Source of the DNA: Muribaculaceae bacterium
GTDB lineage: Bacteria > Bacteroidota > Bacteroidia > Bacteroidales > Muribaculaceae
Length of the DNA: 64,000 bases
Reading direction: 5' to 3'
NCBI GenBank assembly: GCA_022484565.1
Contig: JAKVKZ010000004.1
Span: 18,021 to 82,020 of the forward strand
The position numbers and the translations under genes are program-made. Below the pieces are notes generated by a model, which was given only the letters and a program-made list of their open reading frames with translations, ran no database searches and had not been told where the DNA came from. Below are positions 1 through 8,517 of this stretch, one piece after another (position 1 is the stretch's first letter; each line of letters opens with the position of its first letter).

Positions 1-398
1 CAAGTGGAATTATGCTGGAGCCAAAAACCAAGAGTGGTCTGCTCCGTGTCGAGGATACGATAACCCGCACTGCCCACCACATTCATGAAAGATCCTGCTC
101 CAAGGTCGAAATATCCGCGTTGGGTGGAGAAATCGTGGGTGGTTTCATAACCGTAAGGAGTGAGCACCTGAATTTTGGCAGGCACTTGAGTAGGCGCAGC
201 CCAATTACTGTAATTCAAGGCTGATGTCTTGCTCTGCTCCTTCTTCACTTTAGGCAAATCGTTAGCCTTGGTAGCCTTACGCTCAGTAGGTACGTAATCC
301 TTCTGAACGGTAATCTCCTTAGATAGATTTTGAGCGGCGGCAAATAGCGGAATCATGCCAAAAGCCGCAATAATGAGAATATTTAATTTCTTGTTCAT
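1..398 (-). CDS. 5' part of a secreted/outer-membrane protein of unknown function; runs off the left edge
   Basis: Absent from the ORF track because it is open to the window edge. The reverse complement from ATG (398-396) reads MNKKLNILIIAAFGMIPLFAAAQNLSKEITVQKDYVPTERK..., a classical signal peptide. It starts 6 nt after the stop of the TPR gene, so it is probably co-transcribed. Confidence 0.5.
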   Translation of the reverse strand, partial: MNKKLNILIIAAFGMIPLFAAAQNLSKEITVQKDYVPTERKATKANDLPKVKKEQSKTSALNYSNWAAPTQVPAKIQVLTPYGYETTHDFSTQRGYFDLGAGSFMNVVGSAGYRILDTEQTTLGFWLQHNST

Positions 399-404
399 CT
401 TAGT

Positions 405-3400
405 TTATTTCTTTTTGCCTTTTGTGGATTTCTTAGTTTTGGATTTCTTGAAAGTCTTTGAGCCGTCGGTAACTTTCGATTTTTTCTCAGTCACAACGGG
501 CTTGGTCATCGACTTTGTGGTGCCCCATGATTTCAGCCTTTGGTCGATAGCATCGTAGATTTCCGTTTCCTTTCCGGGATAATTGCTCTTCAGGCTTTCG
601 AGATATTCACTTGCCTCATAATTTTTGCCCTGCTTGTGCATGGCATCGGCAAGCAGGATAAAGCCCTTGGCAAGCCAATACTGATGAGGAGTACCTTCAT
701 CAATGAAATTATTCAGCACACGTTCGGTCTCATTCAGGTTGCCCTCATTATAATAATATTCAGCAAGACGGTAAGCAGCCTCGGCACCATACTCATTACG
801 CGGGTCCTTGGCGAGCTTTGCAAAGTCCTTTTCGGCCTGCTTGCCACGTCCGAGAATGGAATAGGCCAAAGCGCGGTTAAGCAACGCCTCTTTCTCCTCC
901 TCTGCGGAAAGGCCGCCAGTATTCAGCAGCGCATCGGCACTTTCAACCACATCATTGTAACGTCCGACAGCCTTGGCGGTACGCATCACACCAAGTTCAG
1001 CAGTGGTCTGCATGTCGGCAGAAGATGATTTACCGACAAGCCCCTTATAAGCGTTGAAAGCATCAACATTCCTGCCAAGGCGTGAAAGTATGTCACCCTT
1101 CATGGCAAGAGCATCTTCAGCAAAACTGGCATCCTGATGCTCATCAAGCAGAGAATTAATTTCGGTCAAAGCCTCATTGTAACGACCTTTGTTATAATTG
1201 TCCTTGGCGAGGTAATATCTTGCACGGTCGGCATAAGCGCCATTAGGATAGCGGGAAATGTAAGCACGGATTTTACTCAAATCGTGCTTATCGCCAAGAT
1301 AAGTCTTTTCGGCGGCCTCAAAAGTAAGGCGGTCGATGTCGCTTGTATTGATTTTAGGAGCATTCGGCACTTTTTTCAAGAAAGCAGCAAACTCATTGAG
1401 ATTGCCGTTTTCAGCATAAATCTGCTTCATGTCCTCGGCAGCTACGCGAGCTTCCTCGCTCGAAGGATATTTCGTAATCACCTTTTTGTATTCCTCAATG
1501 GCCTTGGCTTGGTCACCCATGTTGCGTTCTGTGATGGCAAGCTGGAGCTGTCCCTTACGGGCATCTACCGTAGCCGGATAGCGACTGATAAGTTCCTTAT
1601 AGGTTCCAACCGCGCCTGCACTGTTAGAAGCTGAGATTTGTGCCTGGGCCTTTTCAAGCATTGCCTCAGGAGCATACTGCGATGAAGGGTATTCACGAAT
1701 AAGCTGGTCCATGCCGCTGATTTTTGCTGAATAATTTCTGCTCAATCCCTGCATCATGGCCTTTTGGAACAAAGCATAATCACCTGATGACGCATTTCCA
1801 GTGTGGGCCTTGCCATAATAATCCTCAGCTGTGGCATACTGACGGTCATAATAATATGTGTCGCCTATACGGTTATTGGCATCAGCCTTCAGATTGGCTG
1901 CAAGAGTGCTTGAAGCGACAGCCTTCTGGAAATAATCGCGGGCGTCGGAATACTTTTTCTGCTGGAATTTTGAATAAGCCAAATCATAGTATGCAAGTCC
2001 ATAGTTGGTACTTCCGGCAGAGACTGATTGAAGATATTGCTGCTGATAACGCTCGGCTGCCGAGAAATTGCCAAGCCGGTATTCACATTCGCCAAGCCAA
2101 AGATTGCTTTCGGCAGCTGAACTGGAATTGTACTGGCCCATACCACGCGCCTCGCTGAAATATTTTTTAGCCTCAGTGACACGGTCGTTGGAAAGCGACT
2201 GAACCCCGAGATTATAAAGCACATAAGCCTTAGCCTTCAGAACCTTTGCGGAAGGATTGTCGATGCGCTGGATGCTTGCCAAAGCACGGCTGTAATTGTT
2301 GCCTGAAGTGTAAGCGTTGACGAGATAGTCCTCGACCTGCGAAGCATATTTTGAGCCAGGATATTTATTGAGGAACTTCTCAAACAAATCAATTGACTTG
2401 TTGAATGGAGTGCGTCCGCCCTCATTCTGGGTAATGGCATAATTATAAAATGCCGTTTCCTGCACATCACGGCTATAAGGCATATTCAGAGCCTTTTCAA
2501 AGGCAATGGAAGCCGAATTGAGCTGACCAGTCTTTAGATAGGATTGACCAATGTAAAGATAGGCACTTTGTGCCAAGGCATCCTCACCATCGGTGACATC
2601 GCCAAGATGCCCAATCACACTTTGATAGTCAGCACGGCGATATTCCATCACACCGAGAACATATTCGGCGGAGCGTTGCGGCTTACCGTCGCATTGCTGG
2701 AAATAAGAATTGATGTGCGTCAAGGCAGCCGCATCATTTCCCTGATGATACTGGCTTTCGCCCACAATCCTGTTCAATTCGCCATTAAGTTCAGCATTAT
2801 CGTTGTTGTCGGCAAGCAGGCTGCCGCCTAAAGCGATGACCTTCTGATAATCCTCTTTAGTGAAGTAAATTTGGCTAAGATAATATTGAGCCGCATAACC
2901 AAGTTCGCCATTACGGCTCACGCGCTCAAAATTCTGCTGGGCAGCATCGTAGCGCTTATTGGCGTAATCGATGTAAGCCTGATAAAATGTTGCTGCATCG
3001 TGATAACGGGCAGTTGACGAGAGTCGGTTGAAGCCCAATTTGGCATCATCGTAATTGGCGAGACGCAAATCGGAATAGGACTGACGATAAATCAAATCCT
3101 CGCCATTATCGGAATCGAGCGCTCCATTGCGTACACTCTGATAAGCCCTCAAAGCCTCTCCATATTTCCCGTTGAAGAAATAATAATTGCCGATGGTGAA
3201 GCGCACCTGCTGGCAATGCAGCGACGACGGATAATTGGCCAAAAACGCATTGAGGCGGTCAATCACATCATCCTTGCCAAGTTCCATAGCACTCATTGCA
3301 GCGTGGTAATCAGCCTCTTCGCGCTCGGATGACGAAGCGGGCAGATTGCGCATGTGAGTGAGCTGGTCGATAGCGCCCACGTAATTATTGTTGCCTTCCA

Positions 3401-3518
3401 TCAGAACTCCACGGGAGAGATAGCCACTGGAGCGCGTGCTGGTGACAGAGCCTTGGGCGGCAGCCGCCATAGGCACAGAAAAGAGGCAAACACTTAACAA
3501 AAAGTTACTTAAATTCAT
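405..3518 (-). CDS. Large secreted tetratricopeptide-repeat (TPR) protein with a Lys-rich C-terminal tail
   Basis: 1037-aa ORF with N-terminal signal peptide MNLSNFLLSVCLFSVPMAAAAQG. It has many A/Y/L-rich TPR-like helical repeats (..AEYYYNEGN.., ..AYYDLAYSKFQQKKYSDA..) and a C-terminus KKSKTKKSTKGKKK. Confidence 0.7.
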   Translation of the reverse strand: MNLSNFLLSVCLFSVPMAAAAQGSVTSTRSSGYLSRGVLMEGNNNYVGAIDQLTHMRNLPASSSEREEADYHAAMSAMELGKDDVIDRLNAFLANYPSSLHCQQVRFTIGNYYFFNGKYGEALRAYQSVRNGALDSDNGEDLIYRQSYSDLRLANYDDAKLGFNRLSSTARYHDAATFYQAYIDYANKRYDAAQQNFERVSRNGELGYAAQYYLSQIYFTKEDYQKVIALGGSLLADNNDNAELNGELNRIVGESQYHQGNDAAALTHINSYFQQCDGKPQRSAEYVLGVMEYRRADYQSVIGHLGDVTDGEDALAQSAYLYIGQSYLKTGQLNSASIAFEKALNMPYSRDVQETAFYNYAITQNEGGRTPFNKSIDLFEKFLNKYPGSKYASQVEDYLVNAYTSGNNYSRALASIQRIDNPSAKVLKAKAYVLYNLGVQSLSNDRVTEAKKYFSEARGMGQYNSSSAAESNLWLGECEYRLGNFSAAERYQQQYLQSVSAGSTNYGLAYYDLAYSKFQQKKYSDARDYFQKAVASSTLAANLKADANNRIGDTYYYDRQYATAEDYYGKAHTGNASSGDYALFQKAMMQGLSRNYSAKISGMDQLIREYPSSQYAPEAMLEKAQAQISASNSAGAVGTYKELISRYPATVDARKGQLQLAITERNMGDQAKAIEEYKKVITKYPSSEEARVAAEDMKQIYAENGNLNEFAAFLKKVPNAPKINTSDIDRLTFEAAEKTYLGDKHDLSKIRAYISRYPNGAYADRARYYLAKDNYNKGRYNEALTEINSLLDEHQDASFAEDALAMKGDILSRLGRNVDAFNAYKGLVGKSSSADMQTTAELGVMRTAKAVGRYNDVVESADALLNTGGLSAEEEKEALLNRALAYSILGRGKQAEKDFAKLAKDPRNEYGAEAAYRLAEYYYNEGNLNETERVLNNFIDEGTPHQYWLAKGFILLADAMHKQGKNYEASEYLESLKSNYPGKETEIYDAIDQRLKSWGTTKSMTKPVVTEKKSKVTDGSKTFKKSKTKKSTKGKKK

Positions 3519-3738
3519 ATCAATATTGTGTTCTTATTACCGATTACTTATTTTTCCACAAATATAGTGACTTTTATCCGTTTTGCGCCTTATCACTTAT
3601 TAATAAATCCTTATAAAGCAAAAAAGGCGAGAGCTGAAAGTGCCTATAAATCGCGGGTTGGCAGAAAGTCAATAACTAAGCGCCAGCATTACAAGGCAAA
3701 TAAAATTTGCCATATTTTGCAGAAAATGCGATAACTAT

Positions 3739-3769
3739 TTTGGATAGAAGTTGAAAATTAGTATCTTTG
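3739..3769 (+). promoter_or_regulatory. Bacteroidetes sigma-A type promoter for ppiD (-33 TTTG, -7 TATCTTTG)
   Basis: TTTG at 3739-3742 and TATCTTTG (TAnnTTTG consensus) at 3762-3769, with ~20 bp spacing, ~85 bp upstream of the ATG at 3853. Confidence 0.45.
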
Positions 3770-3852
3770 CGTGCTATTTTCCATAACAAAGTGGAAAATT
3801 TTTAATTTATAAACCGATTTATTAATCGCAAAACTAAATAAAAACATTATAA

Positions 3853-5928
3853 ATGGCAGCATTAGAGAAAATTAGGAAGAAAGCCGTATTCCTTACGCTG
3901 GTAATAGGATTTGCCTTGCTGGCGTTCATCTTGGGCGATGCCCTCACATCAAGCCGCTCAATTTTCGGCAACGACCGTACGATCGCAAAAGTGGGCAGCA
4001 CGAAAATCGACGTTATGGATTTCCAGAAAAAGAACGAGGAAGCTACCGAGCAAATGCAGGCTCAGGAGCAGCAGACCGGTCAAAAGACCGACCCAGCCGT
4101 AGTTCAACAGCAAGTCCTAAACCAAATGATTACCGAAGTGCTTCTCAACGATGAAGCAGACGCCACCGGTATTGACGTTACCGACGATGAACTCAGCGAA
4201 GCCATGATCGGAAAGAACGCAAACCAGCAGGTAGTGCAATTCGCTCAGCAAATGGGAATGCAATCGCCAGCCCAGCTTCATGACGTGCTCTTCAACCCGA
4301 CAAAATTCGGTGCTACAGAAGAACAGGTTGCCAAGGCTAAAGCTCAATGGCTGAAGATGGAGGACGACATGAACAAGAACATGAAGTACCAGAAACTTCA
4401 GATGCTGATTGCCGGAGCACTCCAAGCCAACGACCTCGACCGCAAGGCGATATTTGAGGAGAACGCTTCCACATGCCATATTGAATATGTAAAGAAAGAC
4501 TATGCTACACTCAACGATAAAGACTTCCCTGTAAGTGAAGCTGAAATAAAGGCTGAATACGAGAAAGAGAAGGAATTGTTCCGCAATGATCAGGAACGCC
4601 GTGCAGTGCATTACATAGCAGTTAATGAAGACCCATCGCCATCCGATATGGCAAAGGCCGTTAACGTAATCAACATAACCGTTAAGCAACTTCAGGCTGA
4701 AAACGGAGTTGACCAAGTGAAGAACAATTCTGACCTCACAGTCAACAGCGCCACAGTTCCAGCATCGGCCATCAACGACCCCGACATGAAGGCATTCATC
4801 ACGGGTGCAGCAGCAGGAGCAGTGAGCACACCTAAATTCGCCAACCACATCTACACAATCTTCAAGCTCAACTCAAAGAAGATGGAAACTGACTCTGTGA
4901 AGTTGAACATGATGGTAGTTCAAGGCGACAAGAAACTTCAGGACAGCGTACTCCATGCCCTCAATTCAGGCATGCCATTCGCACAGGTTCAGAAGATAAA
5001 GGGAACAAAGGGTGAGCAAGGCCAATGGCAAGTTGTTACCGGCATAGCCGACAGCATCAAGAACAAAGTGCTGAATGCAGGAGCCGATTATTTTGTACTG
5101 AACTCCTCAGCCCAAGGCGCATATCTTTGCCAAGTAGCAGAAAAGAAAGCACCTAAAGAGATGTACGATGTAGCACAAATCACATATCAGGTTTATCCAA
5201 GCCAGGCAACAATTGATGCATTGCGCGGAAAACTCCAAAGATTCATCAACACCAACAACACAAGCAAGCAGTTCGCAGCTAAGGCAGCGGCAGCAGGTTA
5301 TCAGGCAGGACAAGCCCAGCTGACTGTGGAAGACGCCCAAATCAACGGACTCCAGAGCAGCCGCAAAGCTATCCAATGGGTATTCAAAGATGCCAGCAAG
5401 GGAAGCGTTTCACCTATCTTTGAAGACAAGGGAACAAGCGACCAAATGATTGTTGTGGCTCTTGACGACATTTATCCAGAAGGCTACTTCTCGATGGATA
5501 TTCCTGAAATCAAGCAGATGCTTACACAGAAAGTTCGCAACTCAAAGAAAGGCGACAAACTGATGGCACAATATAAAGGCAAAGCAAACAGCCTTGCAGC
5601 TTACGGTCAACTCATGGGCTGCGCTGTTGACACCACCAACGTGACATTCGGCCAAATGTTCATTCCTAAGATTGGTCAGGGTGAATCACAATTAATCGGT
5701 CGCGTTTCAGTAGCAAAGCAGGGCGCACTCCAAGGCCCGTTCAAGGGTAACAACGCCATCTACGTTTATCAGGTTGTTAAGATTGACCGCACACCACGCA
5801 GGCCAGTCAACGATGAACTTGACCGCCAGTATGCAATGACCCGTGGCTATGGTGCCATCATGCGTAACGCTGTTGAGATTCTCCGCAAGGCAACTACAGT
5901 TAAGAACAATATGATTAAGTTCTATTAA
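3853..5928 (+). CDS. ppiD: Periplasmic chaperone / peptidyl-prolyl isomerase PpiD-like (SurA N-terminal domain family)
   Basis: 691 aa. The N-terminus MAALEKIRKKAVFLTLVIGFALLAFILGD has the single membrane anchor typical of PpiD. Length and overall architecture match Bacteroidetes PpiD. Confidence 0.7.
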   Translation: MAALEKIRKKAVFLTLVIGFALLAFILGDALTSSRSIFGNDRTIAKVGSTKIDVMDFQKKNEEATEQMQAQEQQTGQKTDPAVVQQQVLNQMITEVLLNDEADATGIDVTDDELSEAMIGKNANQQVVQFAQQMGMQSPAQLHDVLFNPTKFGATEEQVAKAKAQWLKMEDDMNKNMKYQKLQMLIAGALQANDLDRKAIFEENASTCHIEYVKKDYATLNDKDFPVSEAEIKAEYEKEKELFRNDQERRAVHYIAVNEDPSPSDMAKAVNVINITVKQLQAENGVDQVKNNSDLTVNSATVPASAINDPDMKAFITGAAAGAVSTPKFANHIYTIFKLNSKKMETDSVKLNMMVVQGDKKLQDSVLHALNSGMPFAQVQKIKGTKGEQGQWQVVTGIADSIKNKVLNAGADYFVLNSSAQGAYLCQVAEKKAPKEMYDVAQITYQVYPSQATIDALRGKLQRFINTNNTSKQFAAKAAAAGYQAGQAQLTVEDAQINGLQSSRKAIQWVFKDASKGSVSPIFEDKGTSDQMIVVALDDIYPEGYFSMDIPEIKQMLTQKVRNSKKGDKLMAQYKGKANSLAAYGQLMGCAVDTTNVTFGQMFIPKIGQGESQLIGRVSVAKQGALQGPFKGNNAIYVYQVVKIDRTPRRPVNDELDRQYAMTRGYGAIMRNAVEILRKATTVKNNMIKFY

Positions 5929-5947
5929 TCAATATACGAACCACTCT

Positions 5948-5986
5948 AAAAAGCGGGGCAACCGAAAAAGTTGCTCCGCTTTTTTA
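5948..5986 (+). terminator. Rho-independent terminator after ppiD
   Basis: aaaagcggggcaac / gttgctccgctttt form a 14-bp stem with one mismatch, followed by T-rich sequence, 20 nt after the stop codon. Confidence 0.7.
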
Positions 5987-6019
5987 TGTCCTAAGCCCTA
6001 TAGAAGCACTAAGATTTTT

Positions 6020-6755
6020 ACGTGATCCCATTGACAATTTCCGAGAGGGGGTCTGGACAGGCAAAAGTATATTCAAATGACTGAACATCAATATTGTTAC
6101 AGAGGTGTCCATTTTGTTTTTTCCGCCGTTTGCCCCCCTACCGCACTCTGATGATTTCAACTTCGGAATCTTGATGATTTCAGGCTGGATTTATGCCTCG
6201 CCAAAAGCATAAGACACACAGGATAATTTTTTGCAGCTACGTCCGCAAAATTTATCTGAATGTTTCCCCGCGCCTGAATTTCATACTTGAATCCGCAAAT
6301 TTCACACCATTCACAAGTGAAATCCCACAGTAATTTACTTGCTAATTCTGGGGAGGGGTCTGGACGGGTAAAAACAGCTCCAATAATCTGAACACCAATA
6401 TTGTTACAGAGGTGTCCATTTTATTTTCCCCGATGTTTGCCCCCTACAGCACTATGATGATTTCAACTTCGGAATCTTGATGATTTCAGGCTGGATTTAT
6501 GCCTCGCCAAAAGCATAAGACACACAGGATAATTTTTACACGACTACCAATGGCAAAATTTATCTGAATGTTTCCACGCGCCTGAATATCATACTTGAAT
6601 CCGCAAATTTCACACCATTCACAAGTGAAATTCCACAATAATTTACTTGCTAATTCCCGGAAGGGGTCTGGACAGGCAAAAGCGCCTCCAATAACCTGAA
6701 CACCAATATTGTTTCTGAGGTGTCCATTTTGTTTCCCCCGATACTTGCCCCTCAA
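6020..6755. repeat. Intergenic tandem repeat, period ~307 bp, about 2.3 copies
   Basis: ggggtctggac recurs at 6048, 6355 and 6663. The units are near-identical except for two short variable patches. See findings. Confidence 0.9.
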
Positions 6756-7008
6756 ATTGCGCTACGCAAAAGTTACTAATTTTAAACAAGAACAACATGA
6801 CAAAGAACTCGAATCAAAAGTAATGAAACGAGCGAGGGGAAAACCATGAAAATAGGATAAGCTGAATGCAATAATTTTATTAATTCTTATATGGCTTAGA
6901 GTAAACAACAATACCTAAAAGTGCATTCACTCATTATCGTTTACATTATTATAAAAACTTTTATTCAACTTTTTCTGAATTTATATCCTATGTTCCAATT
7001 TTTTGTTC

Positions 7009-7016
7009 TATATTTG
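7009..7016 (+). promoter_or_regulatory. Candidate -7 promoter box (TATATTTG) for the GYF/CD225 gene
   Basis: Matches TAnnTTTG 26 bp upstream of the ATG at 7042. No clear -33 element. Confidence 0.35.
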
Positions 7017-7041
7017 TAAATAACAATTAATTGTGATTATT

Positions 7042-7905
7042 ATGCAGTATTGGGCAAACATTGATGGCAAGCAATATGGTCCGCTCGAACTGGAACAATT
7101 GCTTAACCTTAACATCACACCTCATACTTATGTGTGGCGTGACGGCCTTGCCGATTGGATGCAGGCTAAAAACGTGAGCGAACTCGCCGAGATTTTAATC
7201 AAGCCGACTTCTGCCCCACCACTTCCTGCTACACCGCAGGTTGCAACGCCTGATGTACCTGCTGATAATGTAAATAATGTGCCGGAACCGGCTCCAGCAC
7301 CGGAAGTACCGGCTGTGCCCGAACCTGCTTCTGAGCCTGTGGAGGAAAAAACAGAGGAAAAAGTAGAGGAGAAAGTGGAACAAGCGAAGGAATTCGTTGC
7401 AGAACCTACTCCTGAGCCTGAAACTGCTCCTGAACCTGAAACTACACCTGAACCTGAGCCTGCCACTGAAGTCACAAATGAGCCGACTGAAGAACAAGTT
7501 CCCGAACCTGCTGAAGAGCCGGAAGCACCTGTTGTGGCTGAGCAAGAACAAGAGCAAACGCAACAAACAAACGTTGCACCACCGCCTGTGCCTATTCAGC
7601 AGCCTTACGCCCAGCCAATGCAGCAATATCCGCCTCAACAGCCAATCGCAGCTGAAAAGGAAGACGTTTGCCCTTCCACCAACCTTGTTTGGGCAATAAT
7701 TTCGACCATACTTTGCTGCATACCTTTTGGAATAGTGGCAATCCTATATTCCAGAAAAGTGACCAAGACTTTTGAAGCCGGTGATTTCGCCAAAGCGAAA
7801 AAGTACAGTAATCTGTCGCAGAATTGGACTATTGCCGCATTCTCCGTGGGAGTTGTGGTGAATCCGTTCATTGCAGTAATCTGCTGGATTTGCGCCTTGG
7901 TATGA
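7042..7905 (+). CDS. GYF_2 (DUF4339) domain, Pro/Glu-rich linker and CD225/dispanin (IFITM-like) membrane domain protein
   Basis: N-terminus YWANIDGKQYGPLELEQLLNLNITPHTYVWRDGLADWMQAKNV is the GYF_2 pattern. The ~150-aa PEPE/TPEPE low-complexity linker is followed by C-terminus CPSTNLVWAIISTILCCIPFGIVAILYSRKV..., the CD225 two-helix signature. ATG at 7042 is preferred over GTG at 7033. Confidence 0.7.
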   Translation: MQYWANIDGKQYGPLELEQLLNLNITPHTYVWRDGLADWMQAKNVSELAEILIKPTSAPPLPATPQVATPDVPADNVNNVPEPAPAPEVPAVPEPASEPVEEKTEEKVEEKVEQAKEFVAEPTPEPETAPEPETTPEPEPATEVTNEPTEEQVPEPAEEPEAPVVAEQEQEQTQQTNVAPPPVPIQQPYAQPMQQYPPQQPIAAEKEDVCPSTNLVWAIISTILCCIPFGIVAILYSRKVTKTFEAGDFAKAKKYSNLSQNWTIAAFSVGVVVNPFIAVICWICALV

Positions 7906-8279
7906 GCCGTCGTTGGATTATTGTCGGCTTAGGTTGCGCCTTTTTGCTGATAATAGTGTTGGTATATTCATTTTTCGATCCTTCCAACAGCAATTTTTTT
8001 CCTAAATGCCCATTTTTGATGCTTACGGGACTTAAATGTCCCGGATGCGGATCCCAACGAGCAATTCACGCCCTGCTAAAGGGTGATGTGATTGCAGCCA
8101 TCCGATTTAATGCCATGATGGTGGCTTTCATTCCGCTTATCATTGTGCTACTTTATGCTGAATTTCAGCGGACCCGCAAGCCAAAACTTTATTTGCTTGT
8201 CAATTCCAACGTGATTGTGTGGACGATTTTCACTATAGTCATCGGATGGTGGATTCTCCGCAACATCTTCGGATGGTAG
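7902..8279 (+). CDS. DUF2752-family small membrane protein
   Basis: CPFLMLTGLKCPGCGSQRAIHALLKGD is the DUF2752 CxxC signature, followed by TM helices. ATG at 7902 overlaps the upstream stop (ATGA), indicating translational coupling. Confidence 0.65.
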   Translation: MSRRWIIVGLGCAFLLIIVLVYSFFDPSNSNFFPKCPFLMLTGLKCPGCGSQRAIHALLKGDVIAAIRFNAMMVAFIPLIIVLLYAEFQRTRKPKLYLLVNSNVIVWTIFTIVIGWWILRNIFGW

Positions 8280-8415
8280 GCATCACTTCACAAAACAGTT
8301 ACGGCATAAGTCCGTCAACAGGCACTTTATTATGCCCCAACTATCCTTAAATATTTGAATTATCGGCATAGCTTTTCAAGCATTCCATAAAGATTCCATT
8401 TGAGCATATTTTTTC

Positions 8416-8456
8416 AATTTGAGGGAATTTCCCTCAAATTCCCTCAAATTCCCTTT
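8416..8456 (+). repeat. Left copy of a perfect 41-bp direct repeat flanking the Fic gene
   Basis: aatttgagggaatttccctcaaattccctcaaattcccttt, identical to 9825-9865. Confidence 0.95.
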
Positions 8457-8486
8457 AATATATTTTTATTTATCAAATATATAATT

Positions 8487-8494
8487 TATTTTTG
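8487..8494 (+). promoter_or_regulatory. Candidate -7 promoter box (TATTTTTG) for fic
   Basis: Matches TAnnTTTG. Its position argues that the real start is ATG 8518 rather than GTG 8494. Confidence 0.4.
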
Positions 8495-8517
8495 TGGAAC
8501 ATTTTTATATTGCCGAT

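Noticed and set aside
6020-6755. Possible CRISPR array.
   Set aside because: The period is ~307 bp and whole units are near-identical. There is no short-repeat/unique-spacer alternation and there are no cas genes in the window.
6486-6755. 89-aa minus-strand ORF within the tandem repeat.
   Set aside because: It spans repeat units only. The corresponding frame is interrupted in the other unit. The shared module at 63.7 kb is read in a different frame, so there is no evidence of coding constraint.
7128-7699. Several overlapping ORFs (7128-7475, 7195-7638, 7397-7699) across the Pro/Glu-rich linker of the GYF/CD225 gene.
   Set aside because: They are artefacts of the repetitive GAACCTGA/GCTCCTGA codon pattern, which keeps alternative frames open. 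The plus-strand frame links two recognisable domains.
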